From a virus (Duplodnaviria; Caudoviricetes): DNA of 64,000 bases. The stretch covers positions 1,437 to 65,436 of IMG/VR virus record IMGVR_UViG_3300046474_000147. One strand, 5' to 3'. The notes below the pieces were generated by a model, which was not told the DNA's origin, did no database searches, and saw only the letters and a list, made by a program, of their open reading frames with translations. Positions within the stretch are counted from its first letter, which is position 1; each line of letters begins with the position of its first letter. Shown piece after piece: positions 38,055 to 48,532 of the stretch. The translations under genes were made by a program, and so were the position numbers.

Positions 38055-39624
38055 TACAGCAAACGAACTACTCACCGGCAGGCGCGGCACCCGCGCTATT
38101 CTCAAGAAGAACCGGAATCCAGTCACCGGCTACAAGTATAGCTTCGGCATCCACATGGGCATCGGCCGTGGTCCGATCAACGAGGTCGTGGCCGTGAAGG
38201 TTGGCGACAAGATCGCGTGGAGTGGGAGCCAAACCGAGTCGGGCGACATCACGATCAATCAGCCGGAACTGTTCGGTGGCGACAAGTCGGAAGGCGGCAT
38301 CGTCGGCACGCTGAAGATCATGATGGGCGAGTTGACTCAGAAAGCGCCGGATGCCCTGGTCAAGATGCTCGGACACGCGCTACCCGGCTTCCGACGCATG
38401 GCGACGTGCTTCTACGACGGACAGATCTCATCGAACTCCGCGTATCCGAAAGCGTGGAAGCTCCGCGTGCGTCGCACCACGAAAGGCTGGCAGGACGACG
38501 CGCCGTGGTATCCAGAGAAGGCGATGATCCCGTTGTTCGGAGATCCAGTGACGACGACGAAGCTGGTCCCGAACGGCATTGAGCATACTGGCGGCGGCAT
38601 AGGTGGATGGGAGCCGACGTACCTCGAAGTCATAACCAGTAGCACGCCGAACATTAACGCAATGAACGCGGCGCATATCCTGTACGAGTGCATGACGAAT
38701 CGCGAGTGGGGTCGCGGTCTGCCGTCAACTGCGCTCGACAACGCGTCGTTCACTCGGGCGGCCGACACGCTGTTCGATGAAGGGTTCGGCCTGTGCCTGC
38801 GCTGGACTCGTCGCGACTCGCTCGAATCGTTCGTGCAGAGCGTGCTCGATCATATCGGCGCTACGATGTACTCGGACAGGCAGACGAGCCTCATCACGCT
38901 CAAGCTGATCCGCAAGGATTACGACGCAACGCTGCTGCCGATCTACGACACGAACAGCGGCTTGCTCGAAATCACCGAGAACGAAGTGAGTTCCCTCGGC
39001 CCGGCTGTCAACGAGGTGGTGGTCGAGTACACCGATCCTGTCAGCGGCGAGACACGCACGAAGAACGCGCAGAACCTCGCATCGTTGCAAGCGTCGCGCG
39101 GCGTGTTCAACTCGACGAAGAAAAGCTATCCAGGCATTCCGACCGACGCAATGGCCGCGCGTATCGCGCAGCGAGATCTCCGCGTAAGTGCAATTGCGCT
39201 GCGGCGCTTTACGATCAAGATGGATCGCAGCGCGTGGAAAATCGCGCCTGGCGACGTGTTCCGTATTCGCGACGTGAATCGCGGCATTCTCGACATGATC
39301 GTTCGCGTTGGCCGCGTCGAGGACGGAACGCTGACGAACGGTATCGTTACGATCACGGCTGTGCAGGACGTGTTTGGATTACCGCAGGCGGCGTTCACCG
39401 GCACGCAGCCACCGAGCGAATACAAGCCAATCACGCAGCCGGTACTTGGTCGCCATCGCGCATTCGAGGTTCCGTACTTCATGCTCAGTGGTGCCGACCT
39501 GGCCGATGACGCTGGATTCCTCGGCACCGTGGCAGAGAAGCCAACCGATGTGTCCCTCGGGTACACGCTCTACGTGAAATCGAGCGAGCCTACTTCCGAC
39601 GAGTACCCACCGAGCGGCAACTGA
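38044..39624 (+). CDS. Tail tip hub protein (J / GTA-megatron-like N-terminal part)
   Basis: VTGYKYSFGIHMG, MNAAHILYEC, EGFGLCL, IAPGDVFRI. Confidence 0.8.
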   Translation: MGGSTANELLTGRRGTRAILKKNRNPVTGYKYSFGIHMGIGRGPINEVVAVKVGDKIAWSGSQTESGDITINQPELFGGDKSEGGIVGTLKIMMGELTQKAPDALVKMLGHALPGFRRMATCFYDGQISSNSAYPKAWKLRVRRTTKGWQDDAPWYPEKAMIPLFGDPVTTTKLVPNGIEHTGGGIGGWEPTYLEVITSSTPNINAMNAAHILYECMTNREWGRGLPSTALDNASFTRAADTLFDEGFGLCLRWTRRDSLESFVQSVLDHIGATMYSDRQTSLITLKLIRKDYDATLLPIYDTNSGLLEITENEVSSLGPAVNEVVVEYTDPVSGETRTKNAQNLASLQASRGVFNSTKKSYPGIPTDAMAARIAQRDLRVSAIALRRFTIKMDRSAWKIAPGDVFRIRDVNRGILDMIVRVGRVEDGTLTNGIVTITAVQDVFGLPQAAFTGTQPPSEYKPITQPVLGRHRAFEVPYFMLSGADLADDAGFLGTVAEKPTDVSLGYTLYVKSSEPTSDEYPPSGN

Positions 39625-39625
39625 T

Positions 39626-41407
39626 ATGGCAAATTCTGATTACGTAAAAACTGGCGGTGGCGCGTTCGCCAACGCACTCGTGCTCGACGCGGCGCTCGAC
39701 CACCTGTCCGTCGATATCCCGTTCACGCGCTTCCGCTTCGCACAGCCGCTCACTGTCGGCATGGTTGCCTTGGTTGACGACGAGATCATGAGCATCGCGG
39801 CCATCGGCACCACGAGCATCACCGTCAAGCGTGGCTGCGCCGATACGGTCCCTGCGCCGCACGTCGTCAACTCGCTGGTCTGGATCTTCGACAGCGTGGG
39901 CGGCGACATGAAAGAGTGGAGCGCGGGCGAGACTATCGGCGTGAAGTTCTCGCCGTACACCGGGTCGGGCAGCGTGCCGATGGAGAGTGTGGCACCTGAA
40001 GCGGTCACGTTCAACTGGCGCTTCACCCGCCCGTACCCGCCAGCAAAGCTCATGGTGAACGGCCTGCGTTGGTTCGATCATCCGACCATCGACGACACGA
40101 CACCCATGCTCAATCTGTCGTGGGTCCACCGTGACCGCGTGCTGCAAGCCGACCAGCTTATCGGGCATGACGACGCAAGCGTTGGACCCGAGCCTGGCGT
40201 CACGTACACGCTGCGCATCTACGACCCGATCAGCGACACCGTGGTACGCGAAGAGGTCGGCATCAATGGCGACTCGTTCACCTACCAGCGTGCGCAGGCC
40301 ACGCACGATCAGCGCAACCCGACCGAGGTGCTGACGCCGTACTACACACTGACTTCCGTGCGCGACGGTATCGAGTCGTTTCAGGAATATCGCGGAGACT
40401 TCTCGCTCGTGCCTACCTTCACGCTGGACTCGAACTACCTGGCGTTCGAGCATCGCATGTTCGAGTCGTTCTACGTCGCCAACGCCATCAAGGGTCTGAC
40501 GTTCGACGCCAACTACAGCATCGGTGTTGCGGCCCGCCCGGCTGATCGCATGTCGGACTCGTTCGACCTGATCGCTAACGGTGCGTACGCGCAGACCTCG
40601 AATTACACGCCCTGGCTGACGCTCGACGTGAAACTGGTCGAACTCGAAACGATCATGAACCTGCGCTCGTCGTCGCTGTATGACGGCGTGGCGCTGCCGC
40701 CAACCCTGGTCGGTAAGCTGGCCCTGATCGACGACGAAATCGTGAAGGTTGTGCGGATCATTGGCGACAAGCAGATCGAAGTTCTGCGCGGCTGCTGCGA
40801 CACGATTCCGGCGCAGCACATCGCCGGATCTCGCGCCTGGTTCTTCGACGGCGCGCACGCATTCGACGGACTTGCCCGCAACGTCGGCACCTCGGTCGAT
40901 TACAAGACCCGACCCGGCGTGTACGGCCCGGCGATCCCGCTGAACGATCTGCCCACGGATACCGTGACGTTCACCGGCCGCGCGAGTCTCCCGTACGCAC
41001 CTGGCCGGATCGTCGTGAACGGGCGTCCGTGGTTCGAGGAAGTGCAGGCAACGCTCGGCACCGCCGTCGCATTCTCGTGGGCTCGTCGCAACCGCGTCTC
41101 ACAGGCAGCACAGATCGTCAGTCATGTCGATGCGGACATCGCGCCGGAAGTCGGCCAGGTGAGTCGCCTGCGCTTCTACTACGTTCTACCCGGCCCCGCG
41201 CAAGTCCTGCTGCGCCAGATCGACGTGGCCGGTACGAGCTACAGCTACAGCTACGCCAATGCGCAGACTGACGGTGACGCCGCTGGCCGCGCGACCGGAG
41301 TGTGCGGGACGGTCGTGATCTACTGCGAGATCTCGGCGGTGCGCGACGGCCTGAAGTCGTTTCAGTCGTACGTCGTGCCGCTGCGCGTGCCGTCGTATCC
41401 GTGTTAA
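39626..41407 (+). CDS. Tail tip protein with two internal repeats, paralog 1
   Basis: ALVDDE..RGCxDTxP..H..W.FD..PYxP module present twice. Confidence 0.75.
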   Translation: MANSDYVKTGGGAFANALVLDAALDHLSVDIPFTRFRFAQPLTVGMVALVDDEIMSIAAIGTTSITVKRGCADTVPAPHVVNSLVWIFDSVGGDMKEWSAGETIGVKFSPYTGSGSVPMESVAPEAVTFNWRFTRPYPPAKLMVNGLRWFDHPTIDDTTPMLNLSWVHRDRVLQADQLIGHDDASVGPEPGVTYTLRIYDPISDTVVREEVGINGDSFTYQRAQATHDQRNPTEVLTPYYTLTSVRDGIESFQEYRGDFSLVPTFTLDSNYLAFEHRMFESFYVANAIKGLTFDANYSIGVAARPADRMSDSFDLIANGAYAQTSNYTPWLTLDVKLVELETIMNLRSSSLYDGVALPPTLVGKLALIDDEIVKVVRIIGDKQIEVLRGCCDTIPAQHIAGSRAWFFDGAHAFDGLARNVGTSVDYKTRPGVYGPAIPLNDLPTDTVTFTGRASLPYAPGRIVVNGRPWFEEVQATLGTAVAFSWARRNRVSQAAQIVSHVDADIAPEVGQVSRLRFYYVLPGPAQVLLRQIDVAGTSYSYSYANAQTDGDAAGRATGVCGTVVIYCEISAVRDGLKSFQSYVVPLRVPSYPC

Positions 41408-41410
41408 TCG

Positions 41411-41482
41411 TATAAACGGAATAAATAATATAAACCGTATAAACGATATAAACGAAATAAATCAAATAAACGATATAAGCGA
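41411..41482 (+). repeat. AT-rich 9-bp tandem array, 8 units, consensus WATAAACGA
   Basis: tataaacgg aataaataa tataaaccg tataaacga tataaacga aataaatca aataaacga tataagcga. Confidence 0.85.
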
Positions 41483-41485
41483 TTT

Positions 41486-43861
41486 ATGGCAAATAGCGAC
41501 TACAGAGAATGCCCGTTGCCGTGGTCATTCGCACCTATCGCCTCACTAGCTGAAGGTGTTGACTACCTCGATCACAAGCTGATCCTCGGCGCGGCTAACT
41601 TCCCGCGCACCGACTCGCTGCACGTCGGCATGGCCGCCCTGGTGGACGAAGAGTTCATGGTGGTAACGGAAGTCGGGCAAGGCAGCGTGACCGTGAGCCG
41701 TGGGTGCGCCGACACGGTGCCAGCGCAGCACGCAGCCGGATCTCTCATCTGGTTCGTCGAACTGAACGTGATGGGCAGCGACGCGGTGGAACACGTTGCA
41801 GGCGAAGTCGAATCGGTGAAGTATTCGCCGTTCACGACGGACGGCAAACTGGCCGTGGCTGACAGCACGATTGACGTAGTTAGGTACAACTACCGATTCG
41901 TGCGTCCGTATCCACCTGGCGCTGTGCGCGTGCAGGGTGACCGCTGGTGGGTCGAGCATACCGTGTCGGCGGACAGTGGCCCGCTCGTGTTCACATGGAA
42001 CTACCGCGACCGCATCATCGAGGCGGATCAACTCGTCGATCACGACGCTGCCGACATCGGCCCCGAACCTGGCACCACCTACACCATGCGCGTGTACGAC
42101 GCGAACAACGTGCTGCGCGCGACCTACAGCGACATCATGAAGGACTCGACCGACATCTACGGTAAGAGAGTCGCGGCGTCGTGGTCTTACTCGTGGGACC
42201 GCGCTATGGCCGACCTGAACGCGCACACGTCCGAGATTGGTGTACTCGTTCCCGGCAAGTTGACGCTGTTCGCCACGCGCGACGGCTTCGATTCATGGCA
42301 GGGCTACACGATCCCGTTCAACGTCGATACGCAGGGTTACTTCATCAAGGCCGCACAGCTTGCGCAGATCACCGCACAGGGCGACGACATCGGCTCGGAC
42401 TACCCGCCACCGAGCGGCATCTTTGCGGGCCAGTTGGCGCATATCACGGCGCAGGGCGACATCATGGCTGACTCGGGTCCGGTGCATGGCGTGTTCGTCG
42501 CGAGTCTGCGTGAGGGCGTGGGCCAGGCGACGAACTTCTACACGCCGCTCGACCGTGGACTGTTCGAGGCACCGTACGCACTGCTCACGAAGCGCGGAGA
42601 CGATGCGAGCAAGGCCAAGCTAGTGACCGTGGTCGCTCGCCCATCCGACCGACTCACCGACGCGCATTCGATCTGGTCGCGCTACGACTGGCCGCGTGGT
42701 AGTGGCTGGCTCAGGACGTTCGAGCATCGCGTCGATCCTGAGTTCACGCCTTGGCTCACGCTTGGCGCGCAACTCGACTACCTCGACACGAACCTCGTGA
42801 TCGGCAATACCTCGTTCACAGATGGCGTGCCGCTGTCGAACGTGCGGGTCGGCCAGGTCGCACTCGTGGACACGGAGATCATTCGCATTGACGCGCTCGG
42901 CTCCGACTCGTACACCATCGCTCGCGGCTGCTACGACACGGTGCCGACCAAGCATTACAGCGGTGCGCGCGTGTGGTTCTTCGATGCGGCTGCGGGCAAC
43001 GATCCCACCGCTTACCCGTACACATGGGGCACCTACACGCTCGATAGAGTTAAAGTCACGGAGCTTGGTAACGCGGCCGAGGTGAAGATGGTCCCGGCAG
43101 TGTACGGCCCACCGCTCGATATCAACACCGTACCGAGCGATCAGCTTGTGATGGCGCACCGCGTTGAGCGGCCGTACGCGCCGGGCGAAGTGCTCGTGAA
43201 CGGCCTGCCGTGGTTCAAGGGCTGCATCGTCGCGCCGAATCAGGACACGCGCATCACATGGGTCCACCGCAACCGCGACACGCAGGGCGCGCAGGCGGTC
43301 GATCACCACGCACCGACTCGCGTGCCGGAAGCCGGGCAGAAGTATCGCCTGTCGATCACGTTGAGCTTCTACGACTACACCGCGAAGGTGTCGCGCAAGG
43401 TCACCGTGCGCAATCAAACCGTGGACGGCGAATCGTTCCTGTACACCTACGCGATGGCGCAGGCTGACGGCTACCGTTCTGGCACGCTGCTCAAGATATG
43501 CGGCCACGTCACTGTCGGCCTGGTGCTCGAAGCGATCCGCGATGGATTCGCGTCGTGGCAGAACTACGTTATTCCGATCTCACTTCCGGCACCCGCTTGT
43601 CCACCGGGGCGTCCACCTGGCGGCGGCCAACTCCCGCCCGGCAACGGTGGCGGCAATGGCACGCCTGGCGGGAGCGATAATCCACCACCACCAGGCGGCA
43701 ATGGGCCACCACCGCCCGACGTGCCGCCAGATTGGCCCGATCCGATTGACCCGCCACCAGTGCCAGATCCAGAAGATCCGAACCCTGAACTGGCGCATCA
43801 TTGGGATCTGAATTGGGACCGCCATTGGGACGCATACACGAAAGACAATACAGGGGATTAA
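41486..43861 (+). CDS. Tail tip protein with two internal repeats, paralog 2, with a Pro/Gly-rich tail
   Basis: Also starts MANSDY; same duplicated module. Confidence 0.75.
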   Translation: MANSDYRECPLPWSFAPIASLAEGVDYLDHKLILGAANFPRTDSLHVGMAALVDEEFMVVTEVGQGSVTVSRGCADTVPAQHAAGSLIWFVELNVMGSDAVEHVAGEVESVKYSPFTTDGKLAVADSTIDVVRYNYRFVRPYPPGAVRVQGDRWWVEHTVSADSGPLVFTWNYRDRIIEADQLVDHDAADIGPEPGTTYTMRVYDANNVLRATYSDIMKDSTDIYGKRVAASWSYSWDRAMADLNAHTSEIGVLVPGKLTLFATRDGFDSWQGYTIPFNVDTQGYFIKAAQLAQITAQGDDIGSDYPPPSGIFAGQLAHITAQGDIMADSGPVHGVFVASLREGVGQATNFYTPLDRGLFEAPYALLTKRGDDASKAKLVTVVARPSDRLTDAHSIWSRYDWPRGSGWLRTFEHRVDPEFTPWLTLGAQLDYLDTNLVIGNTSFTDGVPLSNVRVGQVALVDTEIIRIDALGSDSYTIARGCYDTVPTKHYSGARVWFFDAAAGNDPTAYPYTWGTYTLDRVKVTELGNAAEVKMVPAVYGPPLDINTVPSDQLVMAHRVERPYAPGEVLVNGLPWFKGCIVAPNQDTRITWVHRNRDTQGAQAVDHHAPTRVPEAGQKYRLSITLSFYDYTAKVSRKVTVRNQTVDGESFLYTYAMAQADGYRSGTLLKICGHVTVGLVLEAIRDGFASWQNYVIPISLPAPACPPGRPPGGGQLPPGNGGGNGTPGGSDNPPPPGGNGPPPPDVPPDWPDPIDPPPVPDPEDPNPELAHHWDLNWDRHWDAYTKDNTGD

Positions 43862-43865
43862 TGAA

Positions 43866-44618
43866 ATGCCAAGACACGAATCAGCACGACTGAAACTATC
43901 TTACGGATGGCTGCGCGGCGAAGACTGGTGGGGAGATCCGGTATCCGGCAACTTCCTCAAGCTGGACATGCTCTCGCATCCGTACGCAATCTCGATGACC
44001 GAGACGACGCCGCCAATCAACGGGCTGACCGTGGGCGATACCTACATCGTCGGCGTCGGCGCAACTATGGCGTGGCAGGGTCACGAGAACGCCCTGGCCG
44101 TGTACGTCGGAGACACCTACGACGGCGGGACGACGGAATGGATCTTCTGCACTCCGACCAGGGGCGTGCGCGTGCGCCTTGCGAATCCGGCCTCGTGGGT
44201 CTGGTTCGAGGGTAACGCCTGGATCGACGAATCTCAGGACGACATAACCACGCCGCCGCCGCTCGGGTCGCGCTACGACGTGTCGGTGTCGGTCGGCTAC
44301 GAGGCAGAACCGGAGGACGTTCTGCTCGTGTTTGCGGTGCCCGAGGCGATGACGCTGCCGGATAAAGCGGTCGGATCTACGGGTCGCTGCATGGCGTCGC
44401 CTTCCTCGATTCACCGGCTGACGCTGAAGAGGAATGGTGGTGAGATTGGTACAATCGTGTTCGATCCTAGCAGTGTGCGCGCGACAAATACCGTGGTCGG
44501 AAACAAGCCCTTCGCTGCTGGCGATCTGCTCACGGTTCACATGCCAACCGCGCCCGCGCCCGGCTTTCAGAATTATTCGTTCACGCTGCGCCTTCTGCTG
44601 CAAAACAACGGGGGATAA
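43866..44618 (+). CDS. DUF2793-type tail fibre adaptor protein
   Basis: TPP...GDTYIVGVGATMAWQG..NALAVY...WIFCTP. Confidence 0.75.
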   Translation: MPRHESARLKLSYGWLRGEDWWGDPVSGNFLKLDMLSHPYAISMTETTPPINGLTVGDTYIVGVGATMAWQGHENALAVYVGDTYDGGTTEWIFCTPTRGVRVRLANPASWVWFEGNAWIDESQDDITTPPPLGSRYDVSVSVGYEAEPEDVLLVFAVPEAMTLPDKAVGSTGRCMASPSSIHRLTLKRNGGEIGTIVFDPSSVRATNTVVGNKPFAAGDLLTVHMPTAPAPGFQNYSFTLRLLLQNNGG

Positions 44619-44619
44619 A

Positions 44620-45603
44620 TTGACAATTCACTTCGACGGCTTCGAGCAATTCAAAGACGAATCTCTCGACGACGCGTTCGTTCGCGCTGGCTACGATCCC
44701 GCTGGCATGTGGGCGGTGGTTGCAGGCCGTGGGCCGAGCGGCAGTGCGGCTATCTCGGCATCGCAAGCTGCGCTCACTCGCGAATTTCCCTGGAACAGCG
44801 GCAAGTTCTCGGTTGGCTTCTGCCATCGCTTCACTCAGCGCGGCTCTGTCGCCTGGTTGAACATCGGACAAACGCGAGTTCTGTTGCGGCTCGATCCGGC
44901 GAACGGCTCACCGTACATCAACGACAGCGTGGGGAACGCGCTGCCCACGACTAGTCGCTGGTACTACTACGAGCTTGAGATCGACCGGGCCACTGGCCGC
45001 GTGTACCTGTACATCAACAACCGCCTGGACTGTTCGTACGATCTCGGTTATGTGCCGAGCGAGCAGGCCGTGATCGTGAACCTCGGCTACATGGACCCGA
45101 AGTTCTACAGCGACGTGGTGCCGCCGCCAGCGGACAATGCGGTAAAGACTTACGACGACTTCTACGCCAATGATGGCCCGCGTATGACTCCGATCACGGT
45201 GACGACGCGCTTCCCGACATTCGACAAGAACGTGCAGTGGTTTGCCGCCGAAGCGAGCAAGACCCACTCCGAGGCTCTGTCCATGCAGCCGACGCAGCCA
45301 CTTGACCTCTACGTTGCGTCGGACGTGATAGGTGCCGAGGATCGCTTCACTTCATGGAAGCCGCTCAACAACGCCAACCCTGTACTCGCTACCGGCGTCA
45401 TAGTGATGGCACGTCGGTCGCCAGAATTCATCGCGCAGCTTGGCGTGTTCGTGGGCGGCCAGGTTGGCGCGGAACTGCGGCAAGGCGTGCGCGTCGTTCC
45501 GACCGATTGGGCGACGCAGTACGTGTGCTTCGACAAAAACATCAACGACACCGTGGCCGGTATTACCGCTGCGGACTTCGGCATCAACGTATCGCCAATC
45601 TGA
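44620..45603 (+). CDS. Tail fibre / lectin-like protein, paralog A
   Basis: TTG start, MTIHFDGFEQF; WYYYELEIDR. Confidence 0.7.
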   Translation: MTIHFDGFEQFKDESLDDAFVRAGYDPAGMWAVVAGRGPSGSAAISASQAALTREFPWNSGKFSVGFCHRFTQRGSVAWLNIGQTRVLLRLDPANGSPYINDSVGNALPTTSRWYYYELEIDRATGRVYLYINNRLDCSYDLGYVPSEQAVIVNLGYMDPKFYSDVVPPPADNAVKTYDDFYANDGPRMTPITVTTRFPTFDKNVQWFAAEASKTHSEALSMQPTQPLDLYVASDVIGAEDRFTSWKPLNNANPVLATGVIVMARRSPEFIAQLGVFVGGQVGAELRQGVRVVPTDWATQYVCFDKNINDTVAGITAADFGINVSPI

Positions 45604-45616
45604 AAGGGAATCATCC

Positions 45617-47488
45617 ATGCTTCGACACATTGACGGCTTCGACCAGTTTCAAGGTCAGTCCAGCCAGGCGCTTCTCACGTCGCTCAACTCGGCGGGCTAC
45701 AGCGTCACCAACGGGCTCGCTATCGGTGACGGTCGCAAGGCGGGCACGTACGCGCTCGAACTGCAAGTATCTGCCGGTGCTGCCGGACAGTCGTGGTCCG
45801 CTCGCACGAATACGATCAAGGCCAACCTGAACTCTGTCGCCGGTAACACGCAAGGCCGCCTGGTCGCTGTTGGTGACGGCGGCACTGCCACCACGACCGC
45901 TGACGGTATCAATTGGGCGGCCCTAGTGCTCGGCACGAACAAGACCATGCGCGGTATCGACTGCAACGCCGATACGTTCATCGCGGTTGGCGACGGCGGC
46001 ACGATCCTGCGCTCGACTGACGGTCAGACGTGGGTGCCGCGTGCATCACCTAACCCGACGATCAACTTCACGGACGTGGCGTGCAGCGGCAACCGCTGGC
46101 TTGCCGTTGGCTCGAATGGCGCGAGCGGCGCGATCATCGTGTCCGACGACGACGGCATGTCGTGGGCGCTCGTCACCGAGAATCCCGGCACGCGAGGTAA
46201 CTTGTGCGTAGCGTATGGCGACTGCTGGATGGTCGGTGGCCTTAGCGGGCAGCTTCTCACGTCCGACACCGGCCTGACGTTCACCGACCGTGCGTTTGGC
46301 GCAGCCGTTGACGTGAACGACATCGCGTACCAGAACGGAACGTGGCTGGCAACGGCCAACAAGGACATTCGCCGCAGCGTCGATAAGGGTATCAATTGGG
46401 CCGTGGCTGCGCTGGCTATTGCGACCGACACGCTGCGCTGTATCGAGGTGTCGGACGGTCGCTGGATCGCTGGCGGTGAAAGCGCGAACCTCTGGATGAG
46501 CGACGACACCGCAACATGGGTCAAGCCCGCGTTCACTGGCGCAGGAACCAACGCCATCTTCGACATCAACACGTCGAGCGGCGCTCAAGTCGGCTGGTGC
46601 CTGGTCGGCGCGCGCAGCGGGCAGATCAACTCGACGGCAACGATCTACGTGTCGCTGGCACCGCCAACTACCGTGTCGCGCACTCTCACTTCGGTGGAGA
46701 GCAAGGTGGTCATCGGCTTCGCACATCGCGCCACGGCGCGCGGTCGCATCTTCGCGATCAAGGATCTGCTCAACATGGACTGGCCCGCTGGCATCGAGAT
46801 CCTTGGCGTGCGCGGCGCAAGTGTCCCGATCCGAAACACCTGGTACTACTACGAGGTCGAGATCGACAAGCAGGCGAACAAGATCCGCCTGTACGTGAAC
46901 GACACATTGGACATCACCGCCGATCTCCCGGCCGCAGGTATGGGTATGACCACGTACACGCTGACCTGGGAAGCGGAGAACGGCGCTGTGGCGCGCATCG
47001 ACGACCTTTATCTGCTCGATAGCGATATCACTGGCGGATCGACTCTCACCTCGCGCCTGAAGCCGATCTCGATTCCGCTGCGCCTGCCGACCGCCGACGT
47101 GTCCGCAAATTGGGACGCTTCCGAGTCCGGCCCGCACTGGCCGCTCGTAGGCATGCTGCCGCCGTCCACCGATAGCTACGTGCGCTCCGCAACGTCCGGC
47201 GAACAGGATCTCTACTCGTCGGATACCGCGCTGCCCCCTGGTGCAGGAACGGCGAGTGCGCCGATCATCGCGGTTGGCGTGATCGCGCTCGCGCAGAAGT
47301 CCGACCTCGACAACCGCCAGCTTGGCCTGGTCGTCGGCGCACCGGGCAACCAGACAGAAGTGATCGACACCGTACTCTCGACGACGATGGAGTACAGCGT
47401 CGCGCTGTTCGAGAAAGCGCCCGGCGACGTGGCATGGGACGCCAACAATGTAGTATCTACGCCGTTCGGTATCACCGTCCGCCCATAA
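45617..47488 (+). CDS. Tail fibre protein, paralog B, with a BNR-like propeller insert
   Basis: MLRHIDGFDQF; repeated xVAVGDGG..S.DG..W; WYYYEVEIDK. Confidence 0.75.
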   Translation: MLRHIDGFDQFQGQSSQALLTSLNSAGYSVTNGLAIGDGRKAGTYALELQVSAGAAGQSWSARTNTIKANLNSVAGNTQGRLVAVGDGGTATTTADGINWAALVLGTNKTMRGIDCNADTFIAVGDGGTILRSTDGQTWVPRASPNPTINFTDVACSGNRWLAVGSNGASGAIIVSDDDGMSWALVTENPGTRGNLCVAYGDCWMVGGLSGQLLTSDTGLTFTDRAFGAAVDVNDIAYQNGTWLATANKDIRRSVDKGINWAVAALAIATDTLRCIEVSDGRWIAGGESANLWMSDDTATWVKPAFTGAGTNAIFDINTSSGAQVGWCLVGARSGQINSTATIYVSLAPPTTVSRTLTSVESKVVIGFAHRATARGRIFAIKDLLNMDWPAGIEILGVRGASVPIRNTWYYYEVEIDKQANKIRLYVNDTLDITADLPAAGMGMTTYTLTWEAENGAVARIDDLYLLDSDITGGSTLTSRLKPISIPLRLPTADVSANWDASESGPHWPLVGMLPPSTDSYVRSATSGEQDLYSSDTALPPGAGTASAPIIAVGVIALAQKSDLDNRQLGLVVGAPGNQTEVIDTVLSTTMEYSVALFEKAPGDVAWDANNVVSTPFGITVRP

Positions 47489-47509
47489 CAAAACAGAAGG
47501 GAACCTGAA

Positions 47510-48520
47510 ATGCTGCTCTTTACCGATGGCTTCGACCACTACGCGGCCAAGACCGAGACTGCCGTGAACATCACGTCATACCTGCAAGCCGCTGGTTACG
47601 TCGTGAACAACGCCACCAACACCACCTTCAACATCGCGGACGGCCAGGACACCGGCTCGCTCGACCTGAAGATGACGATTCCGGCTGGCGGCTCCACGCC
47701 GCCGTCGTTCAGCCGCACCGTGAACAGCGCGGCGTCGCGCGTGGTGTTCGGTTTCTCGTTCCGTGGCAACACGTCGCGCATTCGCTTCGCGCGTATCGCT
47801 GGCGTGATCGACCTCGATTGGGACACCACCACCGGCAAGATGAAAGTTGGCGCAGTGCTCGGCAATGATGTGATTATCCTGAACGCCTGGTGGTACATCG
47901 AGATCGAGGTGGACAAGGTAGCCAACAAGGTGAACGTGTATGCGAACGACACGCTTCAACTCAGCGTCGATCTGCCGGGCGGCGTCGGCAGCGCGTACAC
48001 GATCACCTGGGGCGTGTCGGCGGCGTCGGCAAGCGCGGCCACCATCGAGATCGACGACGTGTACATTCTCGACAACAGCGGCGGCACGAACAACGCGCGC
48101 CTCGGCCCGGTGCAGATCATCACGCGCGCACCGACCGCCGACGTGACGACTCAGTGGACGCCGGTCGGCTCCACCGGCACGCACTACTCGATCCTGTCGC
48201 AACTGTCGCCTGGCGCTGCGAACGCGCCGTACCTGCAAGCCAACGTGGACGGCAAGGTGGACAAGTTCGCGTCGAATCAGGTGCTCCCAAATGCGAACAC
48301 GATCTTCGCTGTTGCGCTCACGTCGTACGCGCGCAAGGGCGACCTCGACAACCGCAGCCTCGGCATGCTGATTAGCACCGCTGGCGGCGACGTTGAAACG
48401 CAGGTGCCGCTGGATACCGCGTTCGCCTACAAGCAGACCATTTACGAACAAGCGCCTGGTGGCGTCGCGTGGACGCAGAACCTCGTCGAGTCGTCGAACT
48501 TCGGCATCGTCGCGCGCTAA
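47510..48520 (+). CDS. Tail fibre / lectin-like protein, paralog C
   Basis: MLLFTDGFDHY; WWYIEIEVDK; RAPTADV. Confidence 0.75.
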   Translation: MLLFTDGFDHYAAKTETAVNITSYLQAAGYVVNNATNTTFNIADGQDTGSLDLKMTIPAGGSTPPSFSRTVNSAASRVVFGFSFRGNTSRIRFARIAGVIDLDWDTTTGKMKVGAVLGNDVIILNAWWYIEIEVDKVANKVNVYANDTLQLSVDLPGGVGSAYTITWGVSAASASAATIEIDDVYILDNSGGTNNARLGPVQIITRAPTADVTTQWTPVGSTGTHYSILSQLSPGAANAPYLQANVDGKVDKFASNQVLPNANTIFAVALTSYARKGDLDNRSLGMLISTAGGDVETQVPLDTAFAYKQTIYEQAPGGVAWTQNLVESSNFGIVAR

Positions 48521-48532
48521 GGGAGATCGAGC

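Noticed and set aside
41411-41482. AAC-rich array as a diversity-generating retroelement template repeat
   Set aside because: No reverse transcriptase and no matching variable repeat differing only at adenines were found
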